A stretch of 64,000 nt of DNA from Gammaproteobacteria bacterium (GCA_018674175.1 JABHAT010000001.1:7787-71786); one strand, 5' to 3'; counted from the first letter of the stretch, positions 1 through 9,656 are shown. Made by a program: numbers and translations. Notes: generated by a model from the sequence alone, not told the origin.

Positions 1-1
1 G

Positions 2-388
2 ATAAATGATTTAATACGTAATTCAAATGAGAATATTATAAATAAAAAAATTATTAATTCTGATGATGTAAGAAATTGTGATAGTTTAGTTATAGGTTTT
101 TCTGATGAAATTAAAATGCTTAATATGGAATTGAAAAGATTTCTATACTCAAACTTATATAAGCATCCAGACGTTATAAAAATGACTGATCAAGCAAACC
201 TTGTAATTGAAAATTTATTTTCGGCCTATATGAATGATATAAAACTTATTCCAAATGACTACATTCAATATAATCTATTAAAAATAAATTCTGGTTTTAA
301 AGAAAGAGTTATTTGTGACTATATTGCTGGCATGACTGATAGATTTGCCCAACTAGAATATACAAAAATATTTAATGAGAGGTCATAG
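2..388 (+). CDS. dgt: dGTPase-like deoxynucleoside triphosphate triphosphohydrolase (HD superfamily), C-terminal part; 5' end lies outside the window
   Basis: The frame is open from base 2, with no in-frame stop before the ATG at 116. The C-terminal motif ICDYIAGMTDRFAQLEY is typical of Dgt-family dNTP triphosphohydrolases. Confidence 0.65.
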   Translation: MNDLIRNSNENIINKKIINSDDVRNCDSLVIGFSDEIKMLNMELKRFLYSNLYKHPDVIKMTDQANLVIENLFSAYMNDIKLIPNDYIQYNLLKINSGFKERVICDYIAGMTDRFAQLEYTKIFNERS

Positions 389-420
389 TCTACAAGGGAT
401 TATTATGACTTTTGTAAACT

Positions 421-516
421 TTTAATGATTTTTAATGATTTTTAATGATTTTTAATGATTTTTAATGATTTTTAATGATTTTTAATGATTTTTAATGATT
501 TTTAATGATTTTTAAA
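421..516. repeat. Perfect 10-bp tandem repeat TTTAATGATT x9 (421-510) plus a degenerate tail
   Basis: Read directly from the sequence. There are nine identical contiguous units, then TTTAAATAAT. The array is intergenic, between the dgt-like stop (388) and the gltB promoter. Confidence 0.97.
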
Positions 517-555
517 TAATATAAGTTATATTCAGTCTATTAATAATGATAACTA

Positions 556-584
556 TTGAATGAACAGCTCACTATCCCTATAAT
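556..584 (+). promoter_or_regulatory. Sigma-70 type promoter for the gltB leader: -35 TTGAAT (556-561), 17-bp spacer, -10 TATAAT (579-584)
   Basis: Near-consensus hexamers at optimal spacing. The predicted transcription start near 591 lies immediately before the riboswitch-like element. Confidence 0.6.
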
Positions 585-592
585 AAGGTAAT

Positions 593-641
593 ACGTTCAT
601 CCTAAGGGACGGAAGTAGGCTGAAAAGCTGAAGGAACGCAC
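593..641 (+). promoter_or_regulatory. Glutamine riboswitch aptamer (glnA RNA motif) in the gltB 5' leader
   Basis: The sequence ACGTTCATCCTAAGGGACGGAAGTAGGCTGAAAAGCTGAAGGAACGCA has a closing helix CGTTC (594-598) / GAACG (634-638). It carries the conserved strands GGACGGAAGTAGG and TGAAGGAACGC as I recall them for the glnA motif, plus a variable CC..GG hairpin and a GCT-GAAA-AGC hairpin. It sits upstream of a glutamine-consuming enzyme gene. Confidence 0.75.
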
Positions 642-666
642 CAAACTTTAAGCCTAGAGTTTGGTG
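639..666 (+). promoter_or_regulatory. 9-bp hairpin abutting the aptamer 3' strand; possible expression platform
   Basis: CACCAAACT (639-647) pairs with AGTTTGGTG (658-666) around a 10-nt loop. No U-tract follows, so it is not a classical terminator. Confidence 0.4.
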
Positions 667-711
667 AAATTATCATCAAATTCAAGGTAAGTTAAAATAA
701 CATAAACTTAT

Positions 712-3700
712 TTGAGTATGAAAGAGAAAAACAAGAAAATTACTGGTTTATATGATGAAAGCTTTGAAAAAGATAGCTGTGGCTTCGGATTAATAACTAA
801 TGTTGATGATAAGCCTAGTCATTGGTTAATTAGTACTGCAATCACAGCACTTGAAAGATTAGCTCACAGAGGAGCTGTTGGTGCTGATGGTACTTCTGGC
901 GATGGATGTGGAATATTATTTAAAACACCTGAATTCTTCTTTCGATCTATAGCTAATGAGCATAAATTTAATTTATCTAAAAATTTTGCTATAGGAATGT
1001 TTTTTCTAAATACTGATATAGAAAAAAGAAAATCTTCAATCAAAATTGTTGAAAAAATTATAAAAGAACATAATTTTATTTTAGCCGGCTGGAGAGAAGT
1101 CCCAACAAATCAAGATATTTGTGGTGAAGATGCTCTGAAAACTTTGCCATATATTAGCCAAGCATTTATAAACCCATCAGAAAAAGTTGATGCTAAGGAT
1201 ATAGAATCTAAACTTCTTGTTATAAGAAGAAAAATAGAAATAGCAATTTCAAGAACTGATGATGATATATTTTATATTACTAGTTTGTCTTCAAAAGTAA
1301 TTTTATATAAAGGCATGATAATGCCAAAGCACCTTTCAAAATTTTATTTAGATCTTTCAAATGAGAAACTTGAAACTTCTTTATGTGTTTTTCATCAAAG
1401 ATTCTCAACAAATACAACTCCTCAATGGAGCTTAGCTCAGCCATTTAGAATGCTTGCGCATAATGGCGAAATTAATACCATTAGAGCTAATAGAAATTGG
1501 TCGCAAGCAAGATCTAGTATATTCAAGACTTCAAAAATTCCAGAACTTAGTGAGTTAAAACCTCTTGTTTCTATGGGAGGCTCTGATTCAAAAAGTCTTG
1601 ATAATATGTTGGAAGTTTTGACGCTCGGTGGCGTTGATTTATTTAAAGCAATCAAATTACTTATTCCGCCAGCATGGAAAAGCATTTCTGAGAATGATCC
1701 AGATTTGAGAGCATTCTATGAATATAATGCAAAACATATGGAGTCCTGGGATGGTCCAGCAGGAATAGTTTTAACAGATGGAAGGTACGCGGCATGCGTA
1801 ACTGATAGAAATGGATTGAGACCAGCCAGATATATAATTACTAAAGATAGACACATTACCGTGGCCTCTGAAATTGGAGTTTACGATTATGATGAAAAAA
1901 ATATTATCAAAAAAGGGAAGCTAGGCCCAGGACAAATTATCGCTATAGATACACTAGAAGGCGAAATTTTATATTCAGAAGATATCGATAATATTCTTAA
2001 AAAAAGATGTCCTTATAAAGAGTGGATGGATGTTGGTGCAGAATCCATGAGAAGAATAATACCTGATAAGTTTCCAGGGCTAGAGTTTCTTAACGAATCT
2101 GAGATTAGACAATATGAGAAGATGTTTAATGTTACATATGAAGAAAAAGATCAGATCCTAAAGCCTCTTTCGAAATTAAGTCAAGAAGCTATAGGTTCTA
2201 TGGGTGACGATACTCCTTTTCCAGTTCTTTCAAGTGAAATAAGATCTTTGTATGATTATTTTAGGCAGCAATTTGCTCAAGTAACGAACCCTCCAATAGA
2301 TCCAATAAGAGAAAGCAATGTTATGTCGCTAGAAACTTATCTTGGGCCAGATTTAAATGTATTTGAAGAAGGCTCAAAACATGCACATCGACTAACAATA
2401 GAATCTCCAATTTTATCTTATAGGAAATTTAATCAGCTTCAGGAACTTAAAAATAAAAAATTTACTTACAAAATTTTAGACTTAAATTATGAAAGTGAAT
2501 CTAGTCTTACAGATGCAATTAAAGATCTAACAAAAGAAGCTATTTCTGCAGCTAAAAATAACAAAGTGTTTTTGATCTTAAGTGATAAAAATATTAAAAA
2601 AGGCAAAATCCCTATTCATGCACTTCTTGGAACTGGGGCTGTGCACCATGCTTTAATTAAAAATGGTTTAAGAACTAAAGTAAATATTATAGTTGAAAGT
2701 GGGACCGTTAGAGACTCTCATCACTGCGCAGCATTAATTGGTTATGGAGCAACTGCAATATATCCCTACTTAGCTTATGAATCATTAAATAATATGATAA
2801 TTGATAGATCAGAAAACAATTCAGAATTCTTTGAAGCAACTAGAAATTATAGGCAAGGTATCAATAAAGGTTTATATAAAATTTTATCAAAAATGGGAAT
2901 TTCAACTATTTCTAGTTACAGAGGATCACAATTATTTGAATGTGTTGGCTTGAATCAAGAAATTGTAGATTTATGCTTTTGTGACACTACAAATAGATTA
3001 TCGGGCACAACATTTAATGATCTCCATAACGACCAAATACAATTAGCAAAAAATACTTGGAGCCATAGAAAAAATATTAAACAAGGCGGTCTACTAAAAT
3101 ATGTTCATGGTGAAGAATTTCATGCTTATAATCCTGATGTTGTAAAAACTCTTCAGGATGCTGTCAAAAGTGGTGAATACAAAGACTATGAAAAATATAG
3201 CGAAATAGTGAATCATAGAGAAAAAATGGTTATAAGGGATATGCTTGAATTTAAAAGTTCCAAAAAACCTATCCCATTAGACCAAGTAGAGCCTATAGAA
3301 AATATTCTTTTAAGATTTGATTCGGCTGGCATGTCATTAGGTGCTTTATCTCCAGATGCTCACGAAACTTTAGCTCAAGCAATGAATAAAATGGGTGGCA
3401 GGTCAAATTCAGGCGAGGGCGGAGAAGATGAAAGAAGATTTAATACTGATAAAAATTCTAAAATCAAACAAGTAGCTTCAGGAAGATTTGGGGTTACACC
3501 ACATTACTTAGTAAATGCAGAAGTGATTCAAATTAAGATAGCTCAAGGTGCTAAGCCTGGTGAAGGTGGACAGCTACCTGGTGATAAGGTTGATAAACTT
3601 ATTGCGACTTTACGATATGCAAACCCTGGTATAACTTTAATATCTCCCCCACCTCACCATGATATTTACTCTATAGAAGATTTAGCTCAGCTTATCTTTG

Positions 3701-5190
3701 ATTTAAAACAGGTAAACCCCAGTGCTTTTGTTTCAGTTAAATTGGTAGCTGAAGCTGGAGTAGGAACTATAGCTGCCGGCGTTGCCAAAGCATATGCGGA
3801 CTTTATTACTATATCTGGTTACGATGGTGGAACTGCTGCCAGTCCTTTATCAAGCATAAAGTATGCTGGTGGTCCTTGGGAAATGGGCCTATCTGAAACA
3901 CACCAAACTTTAAGAGCAAGTAATTTAAGAAAAAATGTTAGATTACAAGCAGATGGAGGATTGAAAACTGGTCTGGATGTAGTTAAAGCTGCAATCTTAG
4001 GAGCAGAAAGTTTTGGTTTTGGCACAGGTCCGATGATAGCAATGGGATGTAAATACTTAAGAATATGCCATTTAAATAACTGCGCAACTGGTGTAGCTAC
4101 ACAGAATCAGGTTTTAAGAAAATATCATTTTATTGGTAAAGATGAAATGGTAATAAATTATTTTAAATTTATTGCTGAAGAAACTAGAAATATTTTAGCT
4201 TCATTAGGGTACAAGAAGCTATCTGATGTTATTGGTCAAACTAGTATTCTTAAGATTAAAAAATTTGAAACTGGAAAATTGAGAAATTTAGTAATAGACC
4301 CAATAATATCTGACGCTAACGTTGATAAAGATGTTGCTCATATGTGTCAGGTGAAAAATAATGAACCTTGGGATAAAGCTGTCTTATCAAAAATAATTGA
4401 TAAAGATATAAAAAATGCTGTTGAAAATAAAATTGGTGGTGATTTTAATTATAATATTAAAAATACAGATAGATCGGTTGGAGCAAGTTCATCAGGTATG
4501 ATTGCAAGAACTCATGGGAATTATGGTATGTCAGAAAATCCAATCAATATTCATTTTAAGGGTACTGCAGGACAAAGTTTTGGAGTTTGGAATGCTGGCG
4601 GATTAAATCTAACTTTAGAAGGAGATGCTAATGATTATGTCGGCAAAGGAATGGCAGCAGGTCAAATAACAGTATATCCTCCAAAAGATACAAGCTACAT
4701 AGCTAAAGAATCCGTAATTATTGGAAATACTTGCATGTATGGAGCAACAGGTGGGAAATTATATGCATCTGGAATTGCAGGAGAAAGATTTGCTGTAAGA
4801 AATTCTGGAGCTACAGCAATTGTTGAGGGCGTTGGCGACCATGGTTGTGAATATATGACTAATGGCGTCGTAATAATTCTCGGCAAAACTGGTGTTAATT
4901 TTGGGGCCGGAATGTCAGGTGGTTTCGCGATGGTTTTAGATGAAGATGATAGCTTTAAAAATAAATATAATTCTGAATTAGTAGAAATAATAAAAATAGA
5001 TAAAAGAAAATATCCAAATCAAGAAACGTACTTAAAAAATTCTATTATGGATTACGTTGATAAAACCAATAGCGTGTGGGGTAAAACTATCTTAGATAAT
5101 TTCGACAATTATATTGATAAATTTTTAATTGTGAAACCTAAGGCTATAAATATTGAAGAACTATTTAATAAAAGTAGTGTTGCCGCATAA
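712..5190 (+). CDS. gltB: Glutamate synthase (GOGAT) large subunit
   Basis: The 1492-aa ORF has the N-terminal amidotransferase Cys in the SCGFGL context. It also has the HQRFSTNT and HNGEINT motifs, an FMN/Fe-S central domain (SNSGEGGED, KIAQGAKPGEGG) and a C-terminal GXGXG domain. The ORF-track start is a TTG at 712; the ATG at 718 is an equally plausible start. Confidence 0.95.
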   Translation: MSMKEKNKKITGLYDESFEKDSCGFGLITNVDDKPSHWLISTAITALERLAHRGAVGADGTSGDGCGILFKTPEFFFRSIANEHKFNLSKNFAIGMFFLNTDIEKRKSSIKIVEKIIKEHNFILAGWREVPTNQDICGEDALKTLPYISQAFINPSEKVDAKDIESKLLVIRRKIEIAISRTDDDIFYITSLSSKVILYKGMIMPKHLSKFYLDLSNEKLETSLCVFHQRFSTNTTPQWSLAQPFRMLAHNGEINTIRANRNWSQARSSIFKTSKIPELSELKPLVSMGGSDSKSLDNMLEVLTLGGVDLFKAIKLLIPPAWKSISENDPDLRAFYEYNAKHMESWDGPAGIVLTDGRYAACVTDRNGLRPARYIITKDRHITVASEIGVYDYDEKNIIKKGKLGPGQIIAIDTLEGEILYSEDIDNILKKRCPYKEWMDVGAESMRRIIPDKFPGLEFLNESEIRQYEKMFNVTYEEKDQILKPLSKLSQEAIGSMGDDTPFPVLSSEIRSLYDYFRQQFAQVTNPPIDPIRESNVMSLETYLGPDLNVFEEGSKHAHRLTIESPILSYRKFNQLQELKNKKFTYKILDLNYESESSLTDAIKDLTKEAISAAKNNKVFLILSDKNIKKGKIPIHALLGTGAVHHALIKNGLRTKVNIIVESGTVRDSHHCAALIGYGATAIYPYLAYESLNNMIIDRSENNSEFFEATRNYRQGINKGLYKILSKMGISTISSYRGSQLFECVGLNQEIVDLCFCDTTNRLSGTTFNDLHNDQIQLAKNTWSHRKNIKQGGLLKYVHGEEFHAYNPDVVKTLQDAVKSGEYKDYEKYSEIVNHREKMVIRDMLEFKSSKKPIPLDQVEPIENILLRFDSAGMSLGALSPDAHETLAQAMNKMGGRSNSGEGGEDERRFNTDKNSKIKQVASGRFGVTPHYLVNAEVIQIKIAQGAKPGEGGQLPGDKVDKLIATLRYANPGITLISPPPHHDIYSIEDLAQLIFDLKQVNPSAFVSVKLVAEAGVGTIAAGVAKAYADFITISGYDGGTAASPLSSIKYAGGPWEMGLSETHQTLRASNLRKNVRLQADGGLKTGLDVVKAAILGAESFGFGTGPMIAMGCKYLRICHLNNCATGVATQNQVLRKYHFIGKDEMVINYFKFIAEETRNILASLGYKKLSDVIGQTSILKIKKFETGKLRNLVIDPIISDANVDKDVAHMCQVKNNEPWDKAVLSKIIDKDIKNAVENKIGGDFNYNIKNTDRSVGASSSGMIARTHGNYGMSENPINIHFKGTAGQSFGVWNAGGLNLTLEGDANDYVGKGMAAGQITVYPPKDTSYIAKESVIIGNTCMYGATGGKLYASGIAGERFAVRNSGATAIVEGVGDHGCEYMTNGVVIILGKTGVNFGAGMSGGFAMVLDEDDSFKNKYNSELVEIIKIDKRKYPNQETYLKNSIMDYVDKTNSVWGKTILDNFDNYIDKFLIVKPKAINIEELFNKSSVAA

Positions 5191-5191
5191 A

Positions 5192-6904
5192 ATGGCTCAA
5201 CTAATTCCAAAAGATTTTATTGATAATTTATTAGAAAAATCCAATATCGTAGATATAATTAGTAATTACATAAAATTAGAAAAAAAAGGAAATGATTACT
5301 GGTCAAGATGCCCATTCCATAGCGAAAAAACATCCTCTTTTAGTGTAAGTGAAAATAAACAATTCTTCTATTGCTTTGGTTGTGGCGCAAAAGGCAATTC
5401 TATTGGCTTTATAATGGATCATTCAAATAAAACATATCCAGAAGCAATTGAAACTATAGCTAATTTTCTGAGCATAGAAATACCAAGAGATAAAGAAGCA
5501 ACAAAAATTTATGAGTCAAAGAAAGTTATACAAAATTCTTTAGGTGATACAAAAAAAATTTTTGAAAGTAATTTAAAAAACTCAACAAAAGCTATCTCGT
5601 ATTTAAAACAAAGAAATATCTCTGGCGAGACAGCGAAATTATTTGGAATTGGTTACGCAGAGGATGACTTTCAAAGTCTGAATAAAAAATTAATAAATAA
5701 ATATACTGAAGAAAATTTACTTAATGCTGGGCTAATTGTTAAAAAAAATAGCAACTCTTATGATAAATTTCGAGATAGAATTATGTTTCCAATACATGAT
5801 ACTACTGGGAATATTATAGCTTTTGGTGGAAGAATATTAAATGATGATAAGGAAAAACCTGCAGCTAAATATATGAATTCACCAGAAACATCTTTATTCA
5901 GCAAAAAAAGAGTTTTATATAATTTACATCAAGCAAAAAAATATAAGGAATCAAAAAACTTTCTATATATTGTTGAAGGTTACATGGACGTAATAGCATT
6001 GCATCAAGCGAATATTGAAAATGTTGTTGCAACTCTTGGAACAGCTGTAACTGAAGAAAATTTGACTCAATGTTTTAAATATACTAGAGAGATAATATGT
6101 TGTTTTGATGGAGATAAAGCTGGTGAAAAAGCAGCATGGCAAGGTGTTGAAAATATAATGAAAGTTATAAAAGACGGCAATGTAATAAGCTTTGTTTTTC
6201 TACCAGATAATAATGATCCCGATAATATTATTGAAAAAGGTGGTAAAAAATTATGGGAACAACACGTAGAGAAAAAAGTTAGCATTGAAGAATTTATTTA
6301 TAATAAATTTTCAAAAGAATCTGATTTGAAAACTGCCGTAGGAAAGACTCAATATATCCAGAAAGTTGAAACTCTTCTTGATAAGTTACAGGCTAAAATT
6401 TTAAAAAGAATTTTATCTGACAGCTTAAAAGATAAAGTAGGTGCAAAATATGGACCTAAACAAGAAAACGTAAAAAGCCCTTCAAAATTTTTTAGTCCCA
6501 AGACAACTTCTCCACTTCAAAAGTCCATATTAATTTTAATGCATCACCCTGATATTAATATTGAAGAAAATTTGATCAATGATAGTCGTATTGAAAATAA
6601 CACTGGAGTAATTTTACTTAAATCTATCATTAGTCTTATTAAAGAAAATCCTGATATCAATATGGGAAGAATTATTGAAAATTTTAGAGATGAAAAACGC
6701 AATTATAATTCGTTAGAAAAAATTAGTAGGGTCCCTATTGCAGATTATGAGCATCCAAGCAAGGAACTTCATGCTTGTATTTATCTTACTATCAGAAATC
6801 ATTTAAGAGAAAAACTTAAAGATATTGATCCTTCTAAACTAAAGGAATACTCTGCGGCTCAAAGTGAAATTAGAGAAATTGAGGAGAAATCAAAGAATTT
6901 TTAA
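5192..6904 (+). CDS. dnaG: DNA primase
   Basis: It has a zinc-ribbon (CPFHSEKTSSFSVSENKQFFYCFGCGAKGN) and a Toprim domain (IVEGYMDVIAL, CFDGDKAG). I moved the start to the ATG at 5192 (MAQLIPKDFID), 1 nt after the gltB stop. The track ORF from 5153 overlaps gltB. Confidence 0.93.
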   Translation: MAQLIPKDFIDNLLEKSNIVDIISNYIKLEKKGNDYWSRCPFHSEKTSSFSVSENKQFFYCFGCGAKGNSIGFIMDHSNKTYPEAIETIANFLSIEIPRDKEATKIYESKKVIQNSLGDTKKIFESNLKNSTKAISYLKQRNISGETAKLFGIGYAEDDFQSLNKKLINKYTEENLLNAGLIVKKNSNSYDKFRDRIMFPIHDTTGNIIAFGGRILNDDKEKPAAKYMNSPETSLFSKKRVLYNLHQAKKYKESKNFLYIVEGYMDVIALHQANIENVVATLGTAVTEENLTQCFKYTREIICCFDGDKAGEKAAWQGVENIMKVIKDGNVISFVFLPDNNDPDNIIEKGGKKLWEQHVEKKVSIEEFIYNKFSKESDLKTAVGKTQYIQKVETLLDKLQAKILKRILSDSLKDKVGAKYGPKQENVKSPSKFFSPKTTSPLQKSILILMHHPDINIEENLINDSRIENNTGVILLKSIISLIKENPDINMGRIIENFRDEKRNYNSLEKISRVPIADYEHPSKELHACIYLTIRNHLREKLKDIDPSKLKEYSAAQSEIREIEEKSKNF

Positions 6905-6922
6905 ATTATGTCTTAATTTATA

Positions 6923-6931
6923 TGGTATAAT
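6923..6931 (+). promoter_or_regulatory. Candidate extended -10 promoter (TGgTATAAT) for rpoD
   Basis: TG at 6923-6924 and TATAAT at 6926-6931, in the 69-bp dnaG-rpoD spacer. Confidence 0.4.
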
Positions 6932-6973
6932 CTGTACCCCAAAACACATGTTCCTAACACTCAGAATTGTATA

Positions 6974-8824
6974 ATGACAATAGTTCAAGATCAACAAACT
7001 AAAATTAAAGAGCTTATTTCCAAAGGAAAAGAGCAAGGTTATCTTACCTATGCTGAGGTTAATGACCATCTGCCTGAAGGTATAGTTGATTCAGATCAAA
7101 TTGAAGACATTATTAATATGATTACTGAAATGGGAATAATGGTCCAAGAACAAGCTCCTGATGATGATTCTCTTAGTATGAGTGACAATTCAACAGACGA
7201 AGATGCTGCTGATGAAGCTGCTCAAGCTTTAGTCACGGTAGATCAAGAATTTGGCAGAACAACTGATCCAGTAAGAATGTATATGCGTGAAATGGGCACA
7301 GTAGACCTTCTGACTAGAGAAGGCGAAATTAAAATTGCAAAAAGGATAGAGGAAGGTTTAAACCAGGTTACACACGCCTTAGCATTTTACCCTAATACAA
7401 TAGAGAAATTATTAGCTTCATATGCTTTAGTTATAGATCAGCCTGATTCAGAAGAAGGAGAAGATGAGGATGTTGAAAGGCTAAAAGTTGATGACTTATT
7501 AAATGGTTTTATAGACCCTGATGCAGACAATGACGTAATTCAAACACATACCGTAAAAGATCCTGATAGCGATGAAGAAGAGGAAGAAGAGGAAGAAGAG
7601 GAAGAGGTTATTGATACAGGAATTGATCCTGAAGAGGCAAAATTACATTTTGATGGATTAGTTAAATTATATAAAAAAGCTAATCAACCAGCAGTTAAGA
7701 GTGATCCAAAAAAACTTTTAAAAGCTAGAGAGAAAACAGCAGACTATTTTATGAGATTTAAATTAGTCCCAGTATTACTAAGCGAACTTAAACATGATTT
7801 AAAACTAGTCGTAGCTAAAATTAGGACATATGAAAAAAATGCATCAAAGCTCGCATTATCAGCTGGCATGCCAAGAAGAGAATTTATAAAAAGTTTCACT
7901 GAGAACAGTACCAACTTATCTTGGGTTCAAAATAGATTAAAAGGAAACCCTAAATACGCTACAAAACTTAAAAAAAGTAAAGAGGATATCCAAAAACTTC
8001 AAAAGAAACTTTTAAGAATTGAAGAACATACAAACCTTACAGTTGTTGAAATAAAAGAAATAAATAGAAAAATGTCTATTGGAGAAGCTAAATCTAAACG
8101 TGCAAAAAAGGAAATGATTGAGGCGAACTTAAGATTAGTTATATCTATTGCAAAAAAATATACAAATAGAGGTTTGCAGTTCTTAGACCTCATACAGGAA
8201 GGAAATATTGGTTTAATGAAAGCTGTAGATAAATTTGAATACAGAAGAGGGTACAAATTCTCTACATATGCTACATGGTGGATTAGACAAGCTATTACAA
8301 GATCTATAGCAGATCAAGCTAGAACAATAAGAATTCCCGTTCACATGATAGAAACAATCAATAAATTAAATAGAATATCAAGACAAATGACACAAGAAAA
8401 TGGCAAAGAACCAACTCCAGAAGAGCTTTCTATAAAAATGGCTATGCCTGAAGACAAGATAAGAAAAGTTCTTAAGATTGCAAAAGAACCAATCTCCATG
8501 GAAACACCGATCGGTGATGATGAAGATTCGCATTTAGGAGATTTTATAGAAGATGGAAACATAATGACACCAATGGAGTCTGCAGCAAATGAAAGTCTAG
8601 GTGAAGCTACAAGAAGTATACTTGGATCATTGACACCTAGAGAGGCAAAAGTGCTTAGAATGCGCTTTGGCATAGATATGAATACAGACCATACACTTGA
8701 GGAAGTAGGTAAACAATTTGATGTTACTAGAGAAAGAATAAGGCAAATAGAAGCTAAAGCGTTAAGAAAACTTAGACATCCAAGTCGCTCAGAGCAGTTA
8801 AAAAGCTTTTTAGATCTAGAGTAA
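6974..8824 (+). CDS. rpoD: RNA polymerase primary sigma factor sigma-70
   Basis: Region 2 ([39 protein letters not shown]) and region 4 ([30 protein letters not shown]) are present. The length of 616 aa fits. An acidic insertion is also present. Confidence 0.97.
   Translation: MTIVQDQQTKIKELISKGKEQGYLTYAEVNDHLPEGIVDSDQIEDIINMITEMGIMVQEQAPDDDSLSMSDNSTDEDAADEAAQALVTVDQEFGRTTDPVRMYMREMGTVDLLTREGEIKIAKRIEEGLNQVTHALAFYPNTIEKLLASYALVIDQPDSEEGEDEDVERLKVDDLLNGFIDPDADNDVIQTHTVKDPDSDEEEEEEEEEEEVIDTGIDPEEAKLHFDGLVKLYKKANQPAVKSDPKKLLKAREKTADYFMRFKLVPVLLSELKHDLKLVVAKIRTYEKNASKLALSAGMPRREFIKSFTENSTNLSWVQNRLKGNPKYATKLKKSKEDIQKLQKKLLRIEEHTNLTVVEIKEINRKMSIGEAKSKRAKKEMIEANLRLVISIAKKYTNRGLQFLDLIQEGNIGLMKAVDKFEYRRGYKFSTYATWWIRQAITRSIADQARTIRIPVHMIETINKLNRISRQMTQENGKEPTPEELSIKMAMPEDKIRKVLKIAKEPISMETPIGDDEDSHLGDFIEDGNIMTPMESAANESLGEATRSILGSLTPREAKVLRMRFGIDMNTDHTLEEVGKQFDVTRERIRQIEAKALRKLRHPSRSEQLKSFLDLE
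7574..7606 (+). repeat. In-frame GAA/GAG run encoding 11 consecutive Glu in the rpoD non-conserved region
   Basis: The sequence gaagaagaggaagaagaggaagaagaggaagag translates as [11 protein letters not shown] within [17 protein letters not shown]. Confidence 0.9.
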
Positions 8825-8825
8825 A

Positions 8826-9014
8826 TTATATAGCAATTGCCTGTGGTATAGTCTCGTGAAATTTTTCAATAATAAATGTTAAATCATCTCCAAAATTTAT
8901 ATATATTAATGTTAATAAAACAATAATTATAAAAAAGAACATTAATATCGTATAGGAAAACATTTTTACAAATATGCCTATAAAGAAAAATAAAGACCTT
9001 ATTATAAAATTCAA
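8826..9014 (-). CDS. Hypothetical small membrane protein (62 aa, two hydrophobic segments)
   Basis: ORF only. It is very hydrophobic and lies 17 bp downstream of the 192-aa ORF on the same strand. No recognisable motif. Confidence 0.35.
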   Translation of the reverse strand: MNFIIRSLFFFIGIFVKMFSYTILMFFFIIIVLLTLIYINFGDDLTFIIEKFHETIPQAIAI

Positions 9015-9031
9015 AATATTTACCTAATGTA

Positions 9032-9610
9032 TTAAATAAAAATATTTGTTTCTGTGGATACTATTATCAATAAAAATATAATAGCTATAGAAAAAAGAAA
9101 AGCGAAAAAAATTCCTCTAGATCTTTCATAAATAAAATCTTTCGTAATTAAAACTTCTATTGAATAATCATCTTCTCTAGAAATTACTTTAACTTCATCA
9201 CTAATTTTTGAAGCTGAAAGTTTTTCATCAAACTTTTTGGATAAATTAATTAACTGTTTCTCTAAAGTATCAATCCTCTTAAGTCTTAGGTTTTCTGCTA
9301 AAGCATACCCTTTTCGTATCGGACCTATTCTTGATTTTGATGGAATTGTATTTATATATTTATCATTTTTTGGAATTAAATTTTTTTCAGAGATTTTTTG
9401 GTCTAATACGGTTAACTTTTCTTCCAGATCTAAAATTTTTTTATTCATCTCATTTTCATTTATATTAGGCATAGAAAATTCTTTGCCTGACTTTGTCATC
9501 ATTGCTAAGTTATGATCTAATTCCTCTAATTTATTATCCAATCCTGATATTGCAGAGATTAAGGATAACTCCGAATCTGAAACTATTTTTGATTTTTCGT
9601 CTTTATTCAC
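9032..9610 (-). CDS. Hypothetical coiled-coil protein with a single C-terminal transmembrane anchor
   Basis: The 192-aa ORF has heptad-like charged segments (LEELDHNL, ILDLEEKLTVLDQKISEK, IDTLEKQLINLSKKFDEKL). It ends in the hydrophobic tail GIFFAFLFSIAIIFLLIIV. It lies downstream of the PepSY-TM gene. Confidence 0.5.
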   Translation of the reverse strand: MNKDEKSKIVSDSELSLISAISGLDNKLEELDHNLAMMTKSGKEFSMPNINENEMNKKILDLEEKLTVLDQKISEKNLIPKNDKYINTIPSKSRIGPIRKGYALAENLRLKRIDTLEKQLINLSKKFDEKLSASKISDEVKVISREDDYSIEVLITKDFIYERSRGIFFAFLFSIAIIFLLIIVSTETNIFI

Positions 9611-9656
9611 AATAAATATTTTATCCTAAAGTATGAATTTATTATAGTCTAAAAAT

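Noticed and set aside
421-516. Tandem array considered as a CRISPR array
   Set aside because: The units are 10 bp and contiguous with no spacers, and no cas genes are nearby. It is a simple tandem repeat.
639-666. Hairpin after the riboswitch considered as an intrinsic terminator
   Set aside because: No U-tract follows the stem (the next bases are AAATTATCATC). I kept it only as a possible expression-platform element.
1437-4886. Antisense ORFs inside gltB (1437-1685, 3819-4025, 4695-4886)
   Set aside because: They are short and lie wholly within a well-supported 1492-aa gene on the opposite strand. Their Pro/Ser/Ala-rich translations are typical of the reverse frame of a coding region.
5153-5191. 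N-terminal extension of the dnaG ORF overlapping the gltB 3' end
   Set aside because: The extension (MKNYLIKVVLPHK) has no DnaG counterpart. The canonical N-terminus begins at the ATG at 5192, right after the gltB stop.
7574-7606. GAA/GAG repeat in rpoD considered as a regulatory or slippage element
   Set aside because: It is in frame within the variable acidic region of sigma-70. Poly-Glu insertions there are common low-complexity variation.
9237-9515. Plus-strand 92-aa ORF opposite the coiled-coil protein gene
   Set aside because: It overlaps a longer minus-strand ORF with coherent coiled-coil and TM architecture. Its own translation is low-complexity Phe/Ile/Ser.
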